Origin: an uncultured Candidatus Saccharimonadales bacterium
GTDB lineage: Bacteria; Patescibacteriota; Saccharimonadia; UBA4664
Reading direction: 5' to 3'
Assembly (NCBI GenBank): GCA_964505035.1
Contig: CAZDGK010000002.1
Span: forward strand, 1-56,822
DNA: 56,822 bases
A model generated the notes under the pieces. It saw nothing but the letters and a program-made list of their open reading frames with translations, was not told the origin of the DNA and did not search any database. Positions 41,073-50,374 of the stretch are shown here, piece by piece. Numbering within the stretch: position 1 is the first letter of the stretch; each line of letters begins with the position of its first letter. A program made the position numbers and the translations under genes.

Positions 41073-42053
41073 CTAGTCGGCTTCGCCCTTGTACCACAAT
41101 GTGGCGTATTCTGGCGGCACAGGGTTAATGATAACACCAGTACCGAGCTCAGCGCCGGCCCAGCGGAAGGGGCGTGGTTCAACTTTGATGAGCATGTGGT
41201 GATCCTGGTGGGCGATGGCCTCTTGCAGGAAGTAATTGAAGCTAATATTGGACTGGTCGAGGCGGGCGGTAATGCGCTTGAGAATGACGGCCAGAGAATG
41301 TAGCTCGGTGCGGTTGAGACCGGTGAAGCTGCGCTCGTGGCGGCGCGGCATGAGCCAGACCGCGAAGCCTTGCGAGGGCGCGTATGGTGAGATGGCGACG
41401 AAGTGCTTGTCGCTAAAGATCACCCGAACCTTTTGAGCCTCCTCCCAGACAATAATGTCGCATAGGGCACAGCTATTATGCTCGTCTTGGTAGGTCTTCA
41501 TGTGGTTGCTTTCGGACTCAATGTGCGGTGGGATAAGCGGGAGCGCAATAATCTGACTGTGGGCGTGTGGCACACTGGCGCCGGCTAGTGGGCCGTCATT
41601 TTTGAACACTAAAACGTAACGAATTCCCTCAATGTTGTTGAGGCTCGTGAGACGCGATTGGTAGGCGGTGAAGACTTCCTCGATGTGATCGAGGGGGAGT
41701 TCGGAGAACTCAACCTGGTGGTCTGGGGTCTCGATAATAACTTCCTGGGTGCCGAAGGCGTTGGGGTTATCCAGGCTGAGCGCAGGGAAGGCATTTGGTA
41801 TGACTTTGACTCGCCAATGACGGCTGCCGGGTAGGCTCAAGATGGGGGTTTCAGTGTTGTTGCAAAAATGACAACTGGGATTGGCGAGCTTGTGAGCCTC
41901 GCCAGCATGCGAAAAGGAGTCCGGCCGGAGATTGCGGCCGGGCGCAATGATAACGTAGCGGTCCATATAGTAGTGCTTGCGGATCTCGCTAACGGGTTTC
42001 GTGGGGCTGGTTTTGAGCTTTGAACTGGCCATGATGATGGATGGTTTCTTCAT
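41073..42053 (-). CDS. GalT-like HIT-family hexose-1-phosphate nucleotidyltransferase
   Basis: RYVIIAPGRNLRP, CHFC, VIPNAFPAL and the histidine triad region VPHAHSQIIALP. The start is uncertain (42053 or 42032). It overlaps the upstream GT4 gene. Confidence 0.7.
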   Translation of the reverse strand: MKKPSIIMASSKLKTSPTKPVSEIRKHYYMDRYVIIAPGRNLRPDSFSHAGEAHKLANPSCHFCNNTETPILSLPGSRHWRVKVIPNAFPALSLDNPNAFGTQEVIIETPDHQVEFSELPLDHIEEVFTAYQSRLTSLNNIEGIRYVLVFKNDGPLAGASVPHAHSQIIALPLIPPHIESESNHMKTYQDEHNSCALCDIIVWEEAQKVRVIFSDKHFVAISPYAPSQGFAVWLMPRRHERSFTGLNRTELHSLAVILKRITARLDQSNISFNYFLQEAIAHQDHHMLIKVEPRPFRWAGAELGTGVIINPVPPEYATLWYKGEAD

Positions 42054-43278
42054 ATAAGCGTAACAACTTTGTGGTTTGGTGGCTAGTTGTGTAGTCGGCG
42101 GCGATGTCCTGACTGCGCTGACCCATCTGTTGCTGGAGTTTGGTGTTGCGCAGGATGGTGAGGATGGCGGAGGCAAATTTGGTGGCTTGTGGCTTCGTGA
42201 TGTAGCCGTTCTGGCCATTTACGAGCACGTCGGTAATGCCCTGATCGACGATGACCAGAGGCTTAGCGGCCTGGGCCGCTTCGTTGAGCACTAAGCCCTG
42301 GGTGTCGGCGACCGACGGGAAGGCAAAAAGGCTGCAGATTTCGAAGGCGGCGCCAACTTTGGCGCGGTCGCTGATACGTCCGGCAAAGATGATGCGGTCT
42401 GCGTGGCCGGTGCGGTCGGCGGCTTCCCGGAACTGGTCAAGATCTTCACCGGTGCCAACGCAGAGTAGCTTGGCATTGGCATTCTGGCGAGCGATGATCT
42501 CGAAGGCACTGATGAGTAAGCCGAGATTTTTCTCGGTACCGATACGGCCCACGTAGAGGATGACTTCATCGGATTCAGATAGGTGGTATTCACGGCGGAA
42601 GGCGGCAATTGTTTGCGGAGTTGTTGTAATTTTATCAACACCAGTTGGTAGGATGGCGATCCGCGATTTGGTTTTCCAGCTGCGTAGCTGCTTGGCGATC
42701 TTTTCAGACGGGGAGATGACTAGGTCGCATTGATTATGAACCATGGTTACACCGCGCTCGACGATCTTTTGATTCCATTTGTCGACACTGTGCTCGGGTT
42801 TGATGGAGCTGAGACTGTCGCGGTACTCGGCCATACCACCGCCAGTGACGGCGGGGACGAGCATGGTTAGGGCGATCACGCCAGGCAGGACAGCCGGGTA
42901 GTGGCGGACATACTCGTAGAGGTCGGTGTGGTAGGTCGTGACCAATGGAATGTCGTGCTTGATGGCATAGTAGGCGCCGAACAGGCCGACTTGACCGGGG
43001 GTATGGAAATGCACCAGGTCCAACTTGAGCCGGTCAATCTTGCGCATTACCTGAGGCGGGAAGAAGAATGTTGTGAGATAGTCTTCAAAGAACAGTCCTT
43101 TGACCGCGGGGAAACGGATGATGTGCGGGCTGGGGTCGGTATAACGCAGGTTCGGCTTGGGGGCAAAGATGTAGACTTGATGACCACGCTTTTCGAGCTC
43201 TTGGCGGAAGCTTTCGATGGAGACGGCCACGCCGTCGGTCATGGGTAGGTAGCGGTCGCTAAAGAAACCAATACGCAC
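41989..43278 (-). CDS. GT4-family glycosyltransferase
   Basis: GTG start overlaps the upstream TAG by 1 nt. MRIGFFSDRYLPMTDGVAVS at the N-terminus and the ADTQGLVLNEAAQAAKPLV E-x7-E region. Confidence 0.8.
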   Translation of the reverse strand: MRIGFFSDRYLPMTDGVAVSIESFRQELEKRGHQVYIFAPKPNLRYTDPSPHIIRFPAVKGLFFEDYLTTFFFPPQVMRKIDRLKLDLVHFHTPGQVGLFGAYYAIKHDIPLVTTYHTDLYEYVRHYPAVLPGVIALTMLVPAVTGGGMAEYRDSLSSIKPEHSVDKWNQKIVERGVTMVHNQCDLVISPSEKIAKQLRSWKTKSRIAILPTGVDKITTTPQTIAAFRREYHLSESDEVILYVGRIGTEKNLGLLISAFEIIARQNANAKLLCVGTGEDLDQFREAADRTGHADRIIFAGRISDRAKVGAAFEICSLFAFPSVADTQGLVLNEAAQAAKPLVIVDQGITDVLVNGQNGYITKPQATKFASAILTILRNTKLQQQMGQRSQDIAADYTTSHQTTKLLRLYEETIHHHGQFKAQNQPHETR

Positions 43279-44450
43279 TAGGATGCCTCCTGGATAGCAC
43301 GCTTGTAGGCCTGCTCGTAGTTGTGGAACATGACCTGGGTAGTGTGGTGCTCTTGAATAATTCGTTTGCTCTCGGCGCCGAAGCGCTTCATGAGGGCTGG
43401 GTCGGCCAGGAGGCGCGTGAGCCGATCGGTGAGAGCTGGAACGTCGTTTTCGGGAAAGAGGAAGCCATTCTCACCGTCGTGGCAGAGCTCCTTGAGAGCT
43501 GCCACATCGACGGCCACAACGGGCAGGCCGGTAGCCATGGCCTCGAGCGTGACAATGCTCTGGAGCTCGGCTGGCGACGAGATGATAAACACATCACCGG
43601 TGTTGTAGACGGCTGGCTTGTCGGCCTCGTCGAGGTAGCCAGTAAACACTACGTCTGACTCGATACCGAGCTGGGCGGCCTGGGCTTTGAGCTGATCCAT
43701 GCTTTTGCCGAAGCCACAGAGCACAAGCTGGGCGGGATGTTTGGCATGCACGGCAGCGAAGGCTGAGATGATTAGATCAATGCGCTTCTCGCCATCGAGG
43801 CGGCCAATGTAGAGCAGAACTGGTTTATCAGTAGCGATGTGGTACTTGGCCTTGACGTCGCTGGTGGGGATGCCGGAGTGGAAGATGGCAGTATCGATGC
43901 CATTGGAGATGGCTTCAGCGCGGGTCTTGAGGCCGTGGTCGACCAGTAGCTTGACGGCAGTGGGGGTGGGGGAGGTGACTAAATTAGCCCGGTTGTGGAA
44001 CCATACCAGATAGCTCCAGATGAGGCGATGGAGCGGTCGGTAGAGGACCTCGGTGCCACGCAGGTTGAGCAGGGCGTTTTCGGGCATGAAGTGGTTGGTG
44101 GCGAGGACGGCGATGCGGTAGCGGCGAGCCCAGAACATGGCAGCCAGACCCATCCAATAGCAGTTGTGGATGTGGATGATGTCGGGGCGCTGAGCTCGAA
44201 TGAGGGTGCGGGCGTGCCAGAAGGGCAGGAAGCTGACCTTGTATTTCTGATTGGCCCAGAAGGTGACGGCGCGCTCACGGTGGATCTCGTAGGGGCCGTC
44301 GGTTTCGGTGTAGCTGGCGAACTTGGTGGCTGGCGCCCAAACGCTGACTTCATGGCCGTCGGCGGCTAGCCCCAAGACTAAGCGGCGCTCAAATTGAGCC
44401 CCGCCGTCGGCATTGGGCCAGTAGCTTTCAGTGACCACAAGGATTTTCAT
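43278..44450 (-). CDS. GT4-family glycosyltransferase
   Basis: Trimmed to ATG 44450 (MKILVVTESYWPNADGG). C-terminal AELQSIVTLEAMATGLPVV region. Confidence 0.8.
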   Translation of the reverse strand: MKILVVTESYWPNADGGAQFERRLVLGLAADGHEVSVWAPATKFASYTETDGPYEIHRERAVTFWANQKYKVSFLPFWHARTLIRAQRPDIIHIHNCYWMGLAAMFWARRYRIAVLATNHFMPENALLNLRGTEVLYRPLHRLIWSYLVWFHNRANLVTSPTPTAVKLLVDHGLKTRAEAISNGIDTAIFHSGIPTSDVKAKYHIATDKPVLLYIGRLDGEKRIDLIISAFAAVHAKHPAQLVLCGFGKSMDQLKAQAAQLGIESDVVFTGYLDEADKPAVYNTGDVFIISSPAELQSIVTLEAMATGLPVVAVDVAALKELCHDGENGFLFPENDVPALTDRLTRLLADPALMKRFGAESKRIIQEHHTTQVMFHNYEQAYKRAIQEAS

Positions 44451-44457
44451 CCAGCCC

Positions 44458-44466
44458 ATTATACCA
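44458..44466 (-). promoter_or_regulatory. Extended -10 giving a leaderless GT4 mRNA
   Basis: Minus strand TGgTATAAT ends 7 nt before ATG 44450. Confidence 0.55.
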
Positions 44467-44532
44467 AAAGCAACCCATAAAGCAGAAGCCGCTTGGCAGG
44501 AGCGGCCTCTGAGAAGGGTAATGGTTGGGTGG

Positions 44533-44811
44533 CTAACTACGGTCTGATTCGTAGTCCTGCTCAGCCTCGCGCTGGAGGTCCTCGTCGTCAAACTGGTCTG
44601 ATTCGTTGAGTGACTCACGGAAGTCAGTTTCGTTGACATCAGACTTGGTCTGGGTGGTTTCATGGTCCGCACCAGCCTCTTCCATGTCGTAGTCGTCTAG
44701 CTCGTCGGCCTCATCCATATCACCGGCATCGGTGCCGGCTGGGTCGATGCGCTCGCCAAAGTCCCGATAGTACGGCTCGTTTTCCCACAATTCTCTGTCC
44801 ATGTGATCCAT
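44533..44811 (-). CDS. Highly acidic small protein (hypothetical, 92 aa)
   Basis: 36 Asp/Glu residues in about 91. SD AAAGGGAG upstream. No family recognised. Confidence 0.5.
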   Translation of the reverse strand: MDHMDRELWENEPYYRDFGERIDPAGTDAGDMDEADELDDYDMEEAGADHETTQTKSDVNETDFRESLNESDQFDDEDLQREAEQDYESDRS

Positions 44812-44952
44812 CGTCTAGTCTCCCTTTAACACCCTGCATGCTAGTCTTGCTGTACTGCTCCAGCTTCGGCGGGAGTACCAAAAACAAGCCAATAATAAGC
44901 AAACTTTTTCGCCAAAGTGTTGATTTCTCTACAACATGCTTATGCTTATTTA

Positions 44953-44981
44953 TTGCTAGTTTGAGGCTGAACAGGTATAAT
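44953..44981 (+). promoter_or_regulatory. ssrA promoter
   Basis: TTGCTA-17 nt-TATAAT, 10 nt upstream of the mature tmRNA 5' end. Confidence 0.65.
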
Positions 44982-44991
44982 ACATGGGTAC

Positions 44992-45370
44992 GGGGCTGAT
45001 CAGCTTCGACGTTGGGATCTTTGATAGCTCAAGCACGCAGGTCGTAGGCACGCGTTAGCTTCCAACAAGTTAGCTTAACTGCCAACTTCATTTCGCGGGT
45101 GAAGGCTGCTTTTAGCATGCCGTCGTTCGCTCCCGCTTTCGCTTAATCGCGAAAGCCATCGGCGCCTGACACCAGATGGGGTTCCGCCGGTGCCATATTA
45201 TCTGGCTGCTCCTAGCTGTAGGCCTCTGCAGTTAGGCTAAGACTAGAGGCTGCTCATCCGGCGGTTTTGTTCGTTCACATGCCGGGTGCTAAGACTGCCA
45301 GACGGACTAAGCCTGTAGTGTGCTAGCGTCAACCTAGCGGACCGGGGTGCGATTCCCCGCAGCTCCACCA
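44992..45370 (+). ncRNA. ssrA: tmRNA
   Basis: The 5' GGGGCUG pairs with the 3' CAGCUCC-ACCA, including G3-U. A T-arm GGGGTGCGATTCCCC is present. The tag ORF is GCC AAC ... GCT TAA, with the stop in the loop of hairpin gctttcgc/gcgaaagc. Confidence 0.92.
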
Positions 45371-45402
45371 AAAAAGCCTCAGCTTGTAGCTGGGGCTTTT
45401 TT
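45371..45402 (+). terminator. ssrA terminator
   Basis: gcctcagc-ttgt-agctggggc followed by a T6 run. Confidence 0.85.
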
Positions 45403-45480
45403 GGTGGGCAGTGCTTGTGCTATAGTCAGCAGCACCCAATCCATTGCGCCCTCGAGGCGCACGATCCTTAAGGGGTACCA

Positions 45481-46365
45481 ATGTTGCGAAACCGGCGCGG
45501 CCGGAGGGGGCGCCGGGAGTACCTGGCGCCTGGACACATTGGAGTCGACCACTATGTCGGCAACGAGAGGAACGTACGGCTGGTGCTGCTTCCGGGTCTG
45601 GGCGCGGAGGGCAAAGTCTTTGTCCCCGTAGCGCGCAGACTGCAGGAGCTGGGCCTGACCTGTACGATCCTGGAGCTACCGGGTTCTGGCTACCGGCATC
45701 CGGCAGATAGCCGGGTGAGTGTGACGAAAGCAGCCGAAACGCTGATTGAGTCACAGATCTTGCCGGATGGTCCCATCGTGTATGTGGGCCACTCGGCGGG
45801 TGGGATGCAGGCCATTGAGGCGGCTAAGCTGGATGACCGGGCGGTTGGTGTGGTGTTGCTCAATGCGGTCCTGGACCACGTGAGCGACGTCATTCACCAG
45901 CCCTGGCGTCACGCTTGGCGGCATCCCGTGAAGGCGGTTTCACTAGCGTCACTGCTGGTGTTTCTGAAAGCGCCAGGGCCTGAGTGGCTCGTGCGACGGT
46001 ACGAGCGCCCGCGTCATCCGCTGACGTTGACGTTCTGGCCGATGATTGCCCGGCCGTGGAGGCTGTCGGCTGAGGATCTGCGCTGCCTGATGCGCCACGG
46101 ACGCTGTCCGGGGGCCTGGAAGGCGCTGATCCACAACCGGCACTACGACCTGGCAAGCCATGCCAGCGAGGTGAAGGTACCGATGCTGGTGGTGTGTGGC
46201 AAGCGTGACCCATTGGGCACCAAGCCGCACCAGAGCCGCTTCCTAGCGGCTTGTGAGGCGCGTACGGACGTGCTGGAGATTGACTGCGGTCACTGCAGCA
46301 CACTGGAAGCGCCCGAAGAGGTAGCACAGGCCTTGATGGCCTTCGTGACCTCCCTGGCGGCTTGA
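45481..46365 (+). CDS. Alpha/beta hydrolase
   Basis: LLPGLG N-terminal motif and the nucleophile elbow GHSAGG. Confidence 0.75.
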   Translation: MLRNRRGRRGRREYLAPGHIGVDHYVGNERNVRLVLLPGLGAEGKVFVPVARRLQELGLTCTILELPGSGYRHPADSRVSVTKAAETLIESQILPDGPIVYVGHSAGGMQAIEAAKLDDRAVGVVLLNAVLDHVSDVIHQPWRHAWRHPVKAVSLASLLVFLKAPGPEWLVRRYERPRHPLTLTFWPMIARPWRLSAEDLRCLMRHGRCPGAWKALIHNRHYDLASHASEVKVPMLVVCGKRDPLGTKPHQSRFLAACEARTDVLEIDCGHCSTLEAPEEVAQALMAFVTSLAA

Positions 46366-46442
46366 GAGTCGCTTGTCCCGCTGGAAGCATTCGTGAATAA
46401 CGGGTGCTCCCAGCGGGACGTTTGTATGCTGGGGCTTGAGCG

Positions 46443-46448
46443 TATAAT
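46443..46448 (+). promoter_or_regulatory. -10 box giving a leaderless LCP mRNA
   Basis: TATAAT ends 6 nt before ATG 46455. Confidence 0.45.
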
Positions 46449-46454
46449 GGAGCT

Positions 46455-47510
46455 ATGAAAGCACGCAACGAGCCTGACGTCGTGGTATACGAGGATGGCG
46501 CAGAGCATCAGATCCAGCCGGCACCGCCGCGGAAGAAAGCTGGCTGGGGCCGGCGAATCGGTCTGGGCTTGGTTTGGCTGCTGGCGTTGCTGGTGATTGG
46601 CGTGGTGATCTACGCGGCATTGCTTATCTATAACGTTGTAGGAATTTCAACAAAACCCCTAGATTTTAGTAGCTTGGCAGCTGACGCCAACGGCCGGACA
46701 AATATTCTGATACTGGGGGAGGGCGACCCCGGTCATGCCGGCGAGAATCTGACTGACACGATGCTGGTGGTGAGCTTTAATCGAGCGAGTAAGCAGTACG
46801 CGGAGATTAGCGTACCGCGGGATTTGCGAGTGGAAATTCCCGGCCATGGTGAGGGTAAGATTAATTCGGCCAACGCAGCCGGGGGTGTTGGGCTGGCTGA
46901 AGCTACCGTAAGCCAAACTCTGGGCATTCCGATCCACTATTATGTTCAGACTAACTTTTCGGGTTTGAAGGATATGGTCGACGCTGTAGGTGGTTTGGAC
47001 GTGGACGTGAAGGCCGCACTGATTGACCCTGATTACCCTTGCGATGATAACCAGTACAAGGCCTGTGGCTTACATATCAATGCTGGATTGCAGCACATGG
47101 ACGGGGCGACGGTGTTGCGCTACACCCGGTGCCGTAAGGGCACCTGCGGCAATGACTTTGGCCGGGCCGAGCGTCAGCAAGAGGTGATCGGCCTGCTGAA
47201 GGCCAAGGTGGTGAGGTGGGATCTGCTGTGGCATCCCAATCAACTGCTGAGCTTGGTCCACGCGGTCAACAATGCAGCCCAGACGGACATTGGGCCAATC
47301 CAGATGGGATACCTGGGATTGGCCTGGAAGCAGACGGAGGGTCATGACCCGATTAGGCTGGTGCTGAGTACGGGTAATGGTGGCTATCTGCGTAGTAGCG
47401 GTGACTCGAGTGATCTGGTGCCGGCGGCTGGAGACTTTAGTGCGATCCAAGACCGGGTGGAGAATATCTTCACTGAGCCAACACGCCCAGGCGATATACC
47501 AAAGAGCTGA
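46455..47510 (+). CDS. LytR-CpsA-Psr (LCP) family protein
   Basis: An N-terminal TM, then TNILILGEG...TDTMLVVSFN...ISVPRDL, the LCP core. Confidence 0.85.
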   Translation: MKARNEPDVVVYEDGAEHQIQPAPPRKKAGWGRRIGLGLVWLLALLVIGVVIYAALLIYNVVGISTKPLDFSSLAADANGRTNILILGEGDPGHAGENLTDTMLVVSFNRASKQYAEISVPRDLRVEIPGHGEGKINSANAAGGVGLAEATVSQTLGIPIHYYVQTNFSGLKDMVDAVGGLDVDVKAALIDPDYPCDDNQYKACGLHINAGLQHMDGATVLRYTRCRKGTCGNDFGRAERQQEVIGLLKAKVVRWDLLWHPNQLLSLVHAVNNAAQTDIGPIQMGYLGLAWKQTEGHDPIRLVLSTGNGGYLRSSGDSSDLVPAAGDFSAIQDRVENIFTEPTRPGDIPKS

Positions 47511-47566
47511 GCTTCCGTATTTACATCGTAAGTGGCGAATCCTATGCTAGAGCATAAGGATTACAC

Positions 47567-48910
47567 ATGAACGCAGAACTTGAAACAGCGGTCCATGCGC
47601 CGCACTTTACCCCAGAGCGAATGGGGACAGCCCTAGGCTATATCGAGGCTTATTGGAAGGTTTTGGAGCGCTACCATCCCAGGGATGACGGTACGCTGGT
47701 TGGCCTGCCCAAACCGTACTTTGTACCGAGCGCCGGCCATGACACTCATCTGACGTTTGATGAGCTGTACTACTGGGACACATACTTTATGGCCCAAGGC
47801 TTTGTGGGGACGCAGCGCGAGCGACTGATTAAGGGCATGACGGAATCGCTGATGGCCATGATGGCTAGATTTAAGGTTATTCCTAATGCTGGCCGGACCT
47901 ATATGACCTCGCGCAGTCAGCCGCCATTGCTGACCAGCTTGATTATGCAAGTGTACGGCTTCAACCGGGACAAGCGGTGGCTACGGGATAGCATGGATAT
48001 TGCCAAGGAAGAATACCGCACGGTCTGGATGGGTACGATGCATCCGCACTGGCGGCAGGTGTTTAGTGGCCTGTCGCGGTGCTATGACGTGAACGTGCTC
48101 AATGATCTGGCTGAGTGTGAGAGTGGCTGGGATATGACGACCCGGTTTGAGCGAGAATGTCTGAACTACTTGCCGGTGGACCTGAATGCATTGCTGTACA
48201 AGTACGAGACTGATTTTAGCGAGGCAGCGACCATTCTGGGTGATCGTGACGAGGCGCTGGAGTGGCAGAAGCGAGCAGCCAAGCGCAAGCAGGCCATGCA
48301 CCAATATATGTGGGCTGAAGGCCGCGGGTTTTACTTTGACTACAACTTTATAGCCGGACGACGAGGACGAGTGTGGTCATTGGCGGCGTTTTTCCCGATG
48401 TGGGTAGGTATGGAAGACGAGGACAAGGCGGCTCGAATCATGGAGCAGCTGCACCGGTTTGAGTTTGAGGGTGGCCTGACATGCACGGCAGAGCGGCCTC
48501 ATGTAAGCTCGTCGGTTCCGACTCAGTGGGCGTATCCGAACGGCTGGGCACCGCTGATATTGGTGGCAGTGGAGGCAATGGAGCGGTATGGGTACCATGA
48601 GGAGGCTGAGCGAATAGCGCGGAAATGGCTTAACGCCAACCTGGTGCAGTTTGAACGGACCGGGCTGTTCCTGGAGAAATACAATGTGGTGGCGATTGGT
48701 CAGCCGCCGGCGGACGGAGTCTACCCGTCGCAGGTGGGATTTGGCTGGACCAATGCGGTGTTTGTGAAGCTGGCAAAGCGCTATCTGAAGGCCGGAGAAT
48801 TGCCAGAGCAGTTGGCTGATGCGGCAGTTCGTCCGGCTGACTATCTGGACCAGATGTGGCGGGGGTCGCAAGTACATTTGCAGCGGTTGGCTCAGCGGAT
48901 ACGGCCATGA
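47567..48910 (+). CDS. Trehalase (GH37), cytoplasmic type
   Basis: FDELYYWDTYF and QWAYPNGWAPL match the two GH37 signatures, and ESGWDMTTRF is also present. No signal peptide. Confidence 0.85.
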   Translation: MNAELETAVHAPHFTPERMGTALGYIEAYWKVLERYHPRDDGTLVGLPKPYFVPSAGHDTHLTFDELYYWDTYFMAQGFVGTQRERLIKGMTESLMAMMARFKVIPNAGRTYMTSRSQPPLLTSLIMQVYGFNRDKRWLRDSMDIAKEEYRTVWMGTMHPHWRQVFSGLSRCYDVNVLNDLAECESGWDMTTRFERECLNYLPVDLNALLYKYETDFSEAATILGDRDEALEWQKRAAKRKQAMHQYMWAEGRGFYFDYNFIAGRRGRVWSLAAFFPMWVGMEDEDKAARIMEQLHRFEFEGGLTCTAERPHVSSSVPTQWAYPNGWAPLILVAVEAMERYGYHEEAERIARKWLNANLVQFERTGLFLEKYNVVAIGQPPADGVYPSQVGFGWTNAVFVKLAKRYLKAGELPEQLADAAVRPADYLDQMWRGSQVHLQRLAQRIRP

Positions 48911-49575
48911 TTAGCCCGACAGCTTCGCGCAGCTGGTCGCGGGGTGGCGTGTTGTATTGGGATGAAGCGGGGTCACCGGTGGGGCGGTTGGCCGGTGCGG
49001 TTGACTTGGCCATACTCCCTTTTGATGCGGCGACTTTTGGCAGCTTTCTGGCTGAACATCATCAGAACTTAGCCAAGGACGAGCCGGTGCATTATGTGCT
49101 TCATGGCGGTGAAGGGTGGCGGCATACTGATGATGAGGCACTTATGTTGACTTTTTTACAACTATGCCTGCCGGGCATACCAGTATTGAATACGAATAAC
49201 AGATACGGATACCGTGAACACGCCTTGGCTTATGAGTTGACTGATAGTGGGCGGCGGACTGATGTGCAGCGCGAACTAGCTCACTTGCGTGCGACTAGCC
49301 GTGCATTGGGGGAGGGAGACTTTCGGGTGGTACATATGGCTGATGATGTGCTGGTGATCGGGCGGGATAGCGCCTGGCATCGGTACTATGGAGTGCTCAA
49401 CTTTGCTCCGGAAGAGAGCCAAGTTGAGCTAGGCGCAGTTGGCCAGTGGATTGCGGGTACTCACGAGCTGCACGGCGACGGCTCGGTGCACTCTGGTGGG
49501 CCGATGCGACTATCCCCGTATGAAGCGCGGTTGTATGAGCTGAGGCGAAGGCCAGCGGATGTACCTGCTGTTTGA
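48907..49575 (+). CDS. GH13-like C-terminal fragment (possible gene remnant)
   Basis: ATGA overlap with the trehalase. LQLCLPGIPVLNTNNRYG and a C-domain-like tail resemble the last third of GH13 enzymes. The regions carrying the catalytic Asp/Glu are absent. Confidence 0.45.
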   Translation: MISPTASRSWSRGGVLYWDEAGSPVGRLAGAVDLAILPFDAATFGSFLAEHHQNLAKDEPVHYVLHGGEGWRHTDDEALMLTFLQLCLPGIPVLNTNNRYGYREHALAYELTDSGRRTDVQRELAHLRATSRALGEGDFRVVHMADDVLVIGRDSAWHRYYGVLNFAPEESQVELGAVGQWIAGTHELHGDGSVHSGGPMRLSPYEARLYELRRRPADVPAV

Positions 49576-50347
49576 TGTCGGCGGCACTCATACGCGAGTG
49601 GCGATGTCGATGGGTGCTGAGCTCGGCAAGGTGGAGCGGTTTGAGACGGACCCGAGTGAGGCTGGAGTTGGCAGGCTGGTTGACGAGTTGCGAGGGCTCT
49701 GCCGGGGCGAGCGACTACAGGCGGTGATAGGTGGCTTGCCGGGGCACCTGGAAGCTGGTGGGCGACTGCGTCACGCACCAAACCTGCCAGGTTGGCTAGG
49801 TCGGAAGGTGGCCGGGGAGCTCGAGTCGGCGCTGGATGCACCGGTGGTGATAGAAAACGACGCCGCGATGGCTGGGCTAGGGGAGGCGGTGTACGGTGCT
49901 GGACGCGGCAAGTCGCGGATCTTGTACCTGACTGTGAGTACCGGGGTGAACGCCAGTCGGATCATTGGCGGTGAGATTGATGAGGCTACCAGGGGCGTGG
50001 AAATTGGCGAGATGATGATCGCGGATGATGCTGGTCGCCGGGTGAGGCTAGAGCAGCTGCTGGGCGGAGCAGCGATGCAGCGGCGCTATGGCAGGCCGCC
50101 TGCGGAGATTGATGACAAGACGGTATGGGAGACCGAAGCGCACTACGTGGGCATAGCACTGGCTGAGCTAGCCCGGCGCTGGCGACCGGAGCTGGCGGTG
50201 CTGGGCGGGGCGATGATGCGCGACATCCCGATGCCAAAGGTGCGGCAACTGCTGGCGGCTGCTGGGCAAAGCCTAGCGGTAAAGCCAGCGGCTTTGGGTG
50301 ATCTGGGCGGCCTATACGGCGCTTTGGCGCGCTGCAGGGCCTTGTAG
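49559..50347 (+). CDS. ROK-family sugar kinase (glucokinase-like)
   Basis: LLFDVGGTHTRVA N-terminal ATP motif and ENDAAMAGLGE. Confidence 0.75.
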   Translation: MYLLFDVGGTHTRVAMSMGAELGKVERFETDPSEAGVGRLVDELRGLCRGERLQAVIGGLPGHLEAGGRLRHAPNLPGWLGRKVAGELESALDAPVVIENDAAMAGLGEAVYGAGRGKSRILYLTVSTGVNASRIIGGEIDEATRGVEIGEMMIADDAGRRVRLEQLLGGAAMQRRYGRPPAEIDDKTVWETEAHYVGIALAELARRWRPELAVLGGAMMRDIPMPKVRQLLAAAGQSLAVKPAALGDLGGLYGALARCRAL

Positions 50348-50374
50348 GGCCGCTAGGACCTTACTGAAGAGGCT

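Noticed and set aside
45329-46468. ORFs overlapping the tmRNA 3' end and running antisense to the hydrolase gene (45329..45754, 45347..45631, 45444..45710, 45890..46468).
   Set aside because: They overlap a confidently identified tmRNA and its terminator, or they are Arg/Pro/Ala-rich shadow frames of the alpha/beta hydrolase gene.
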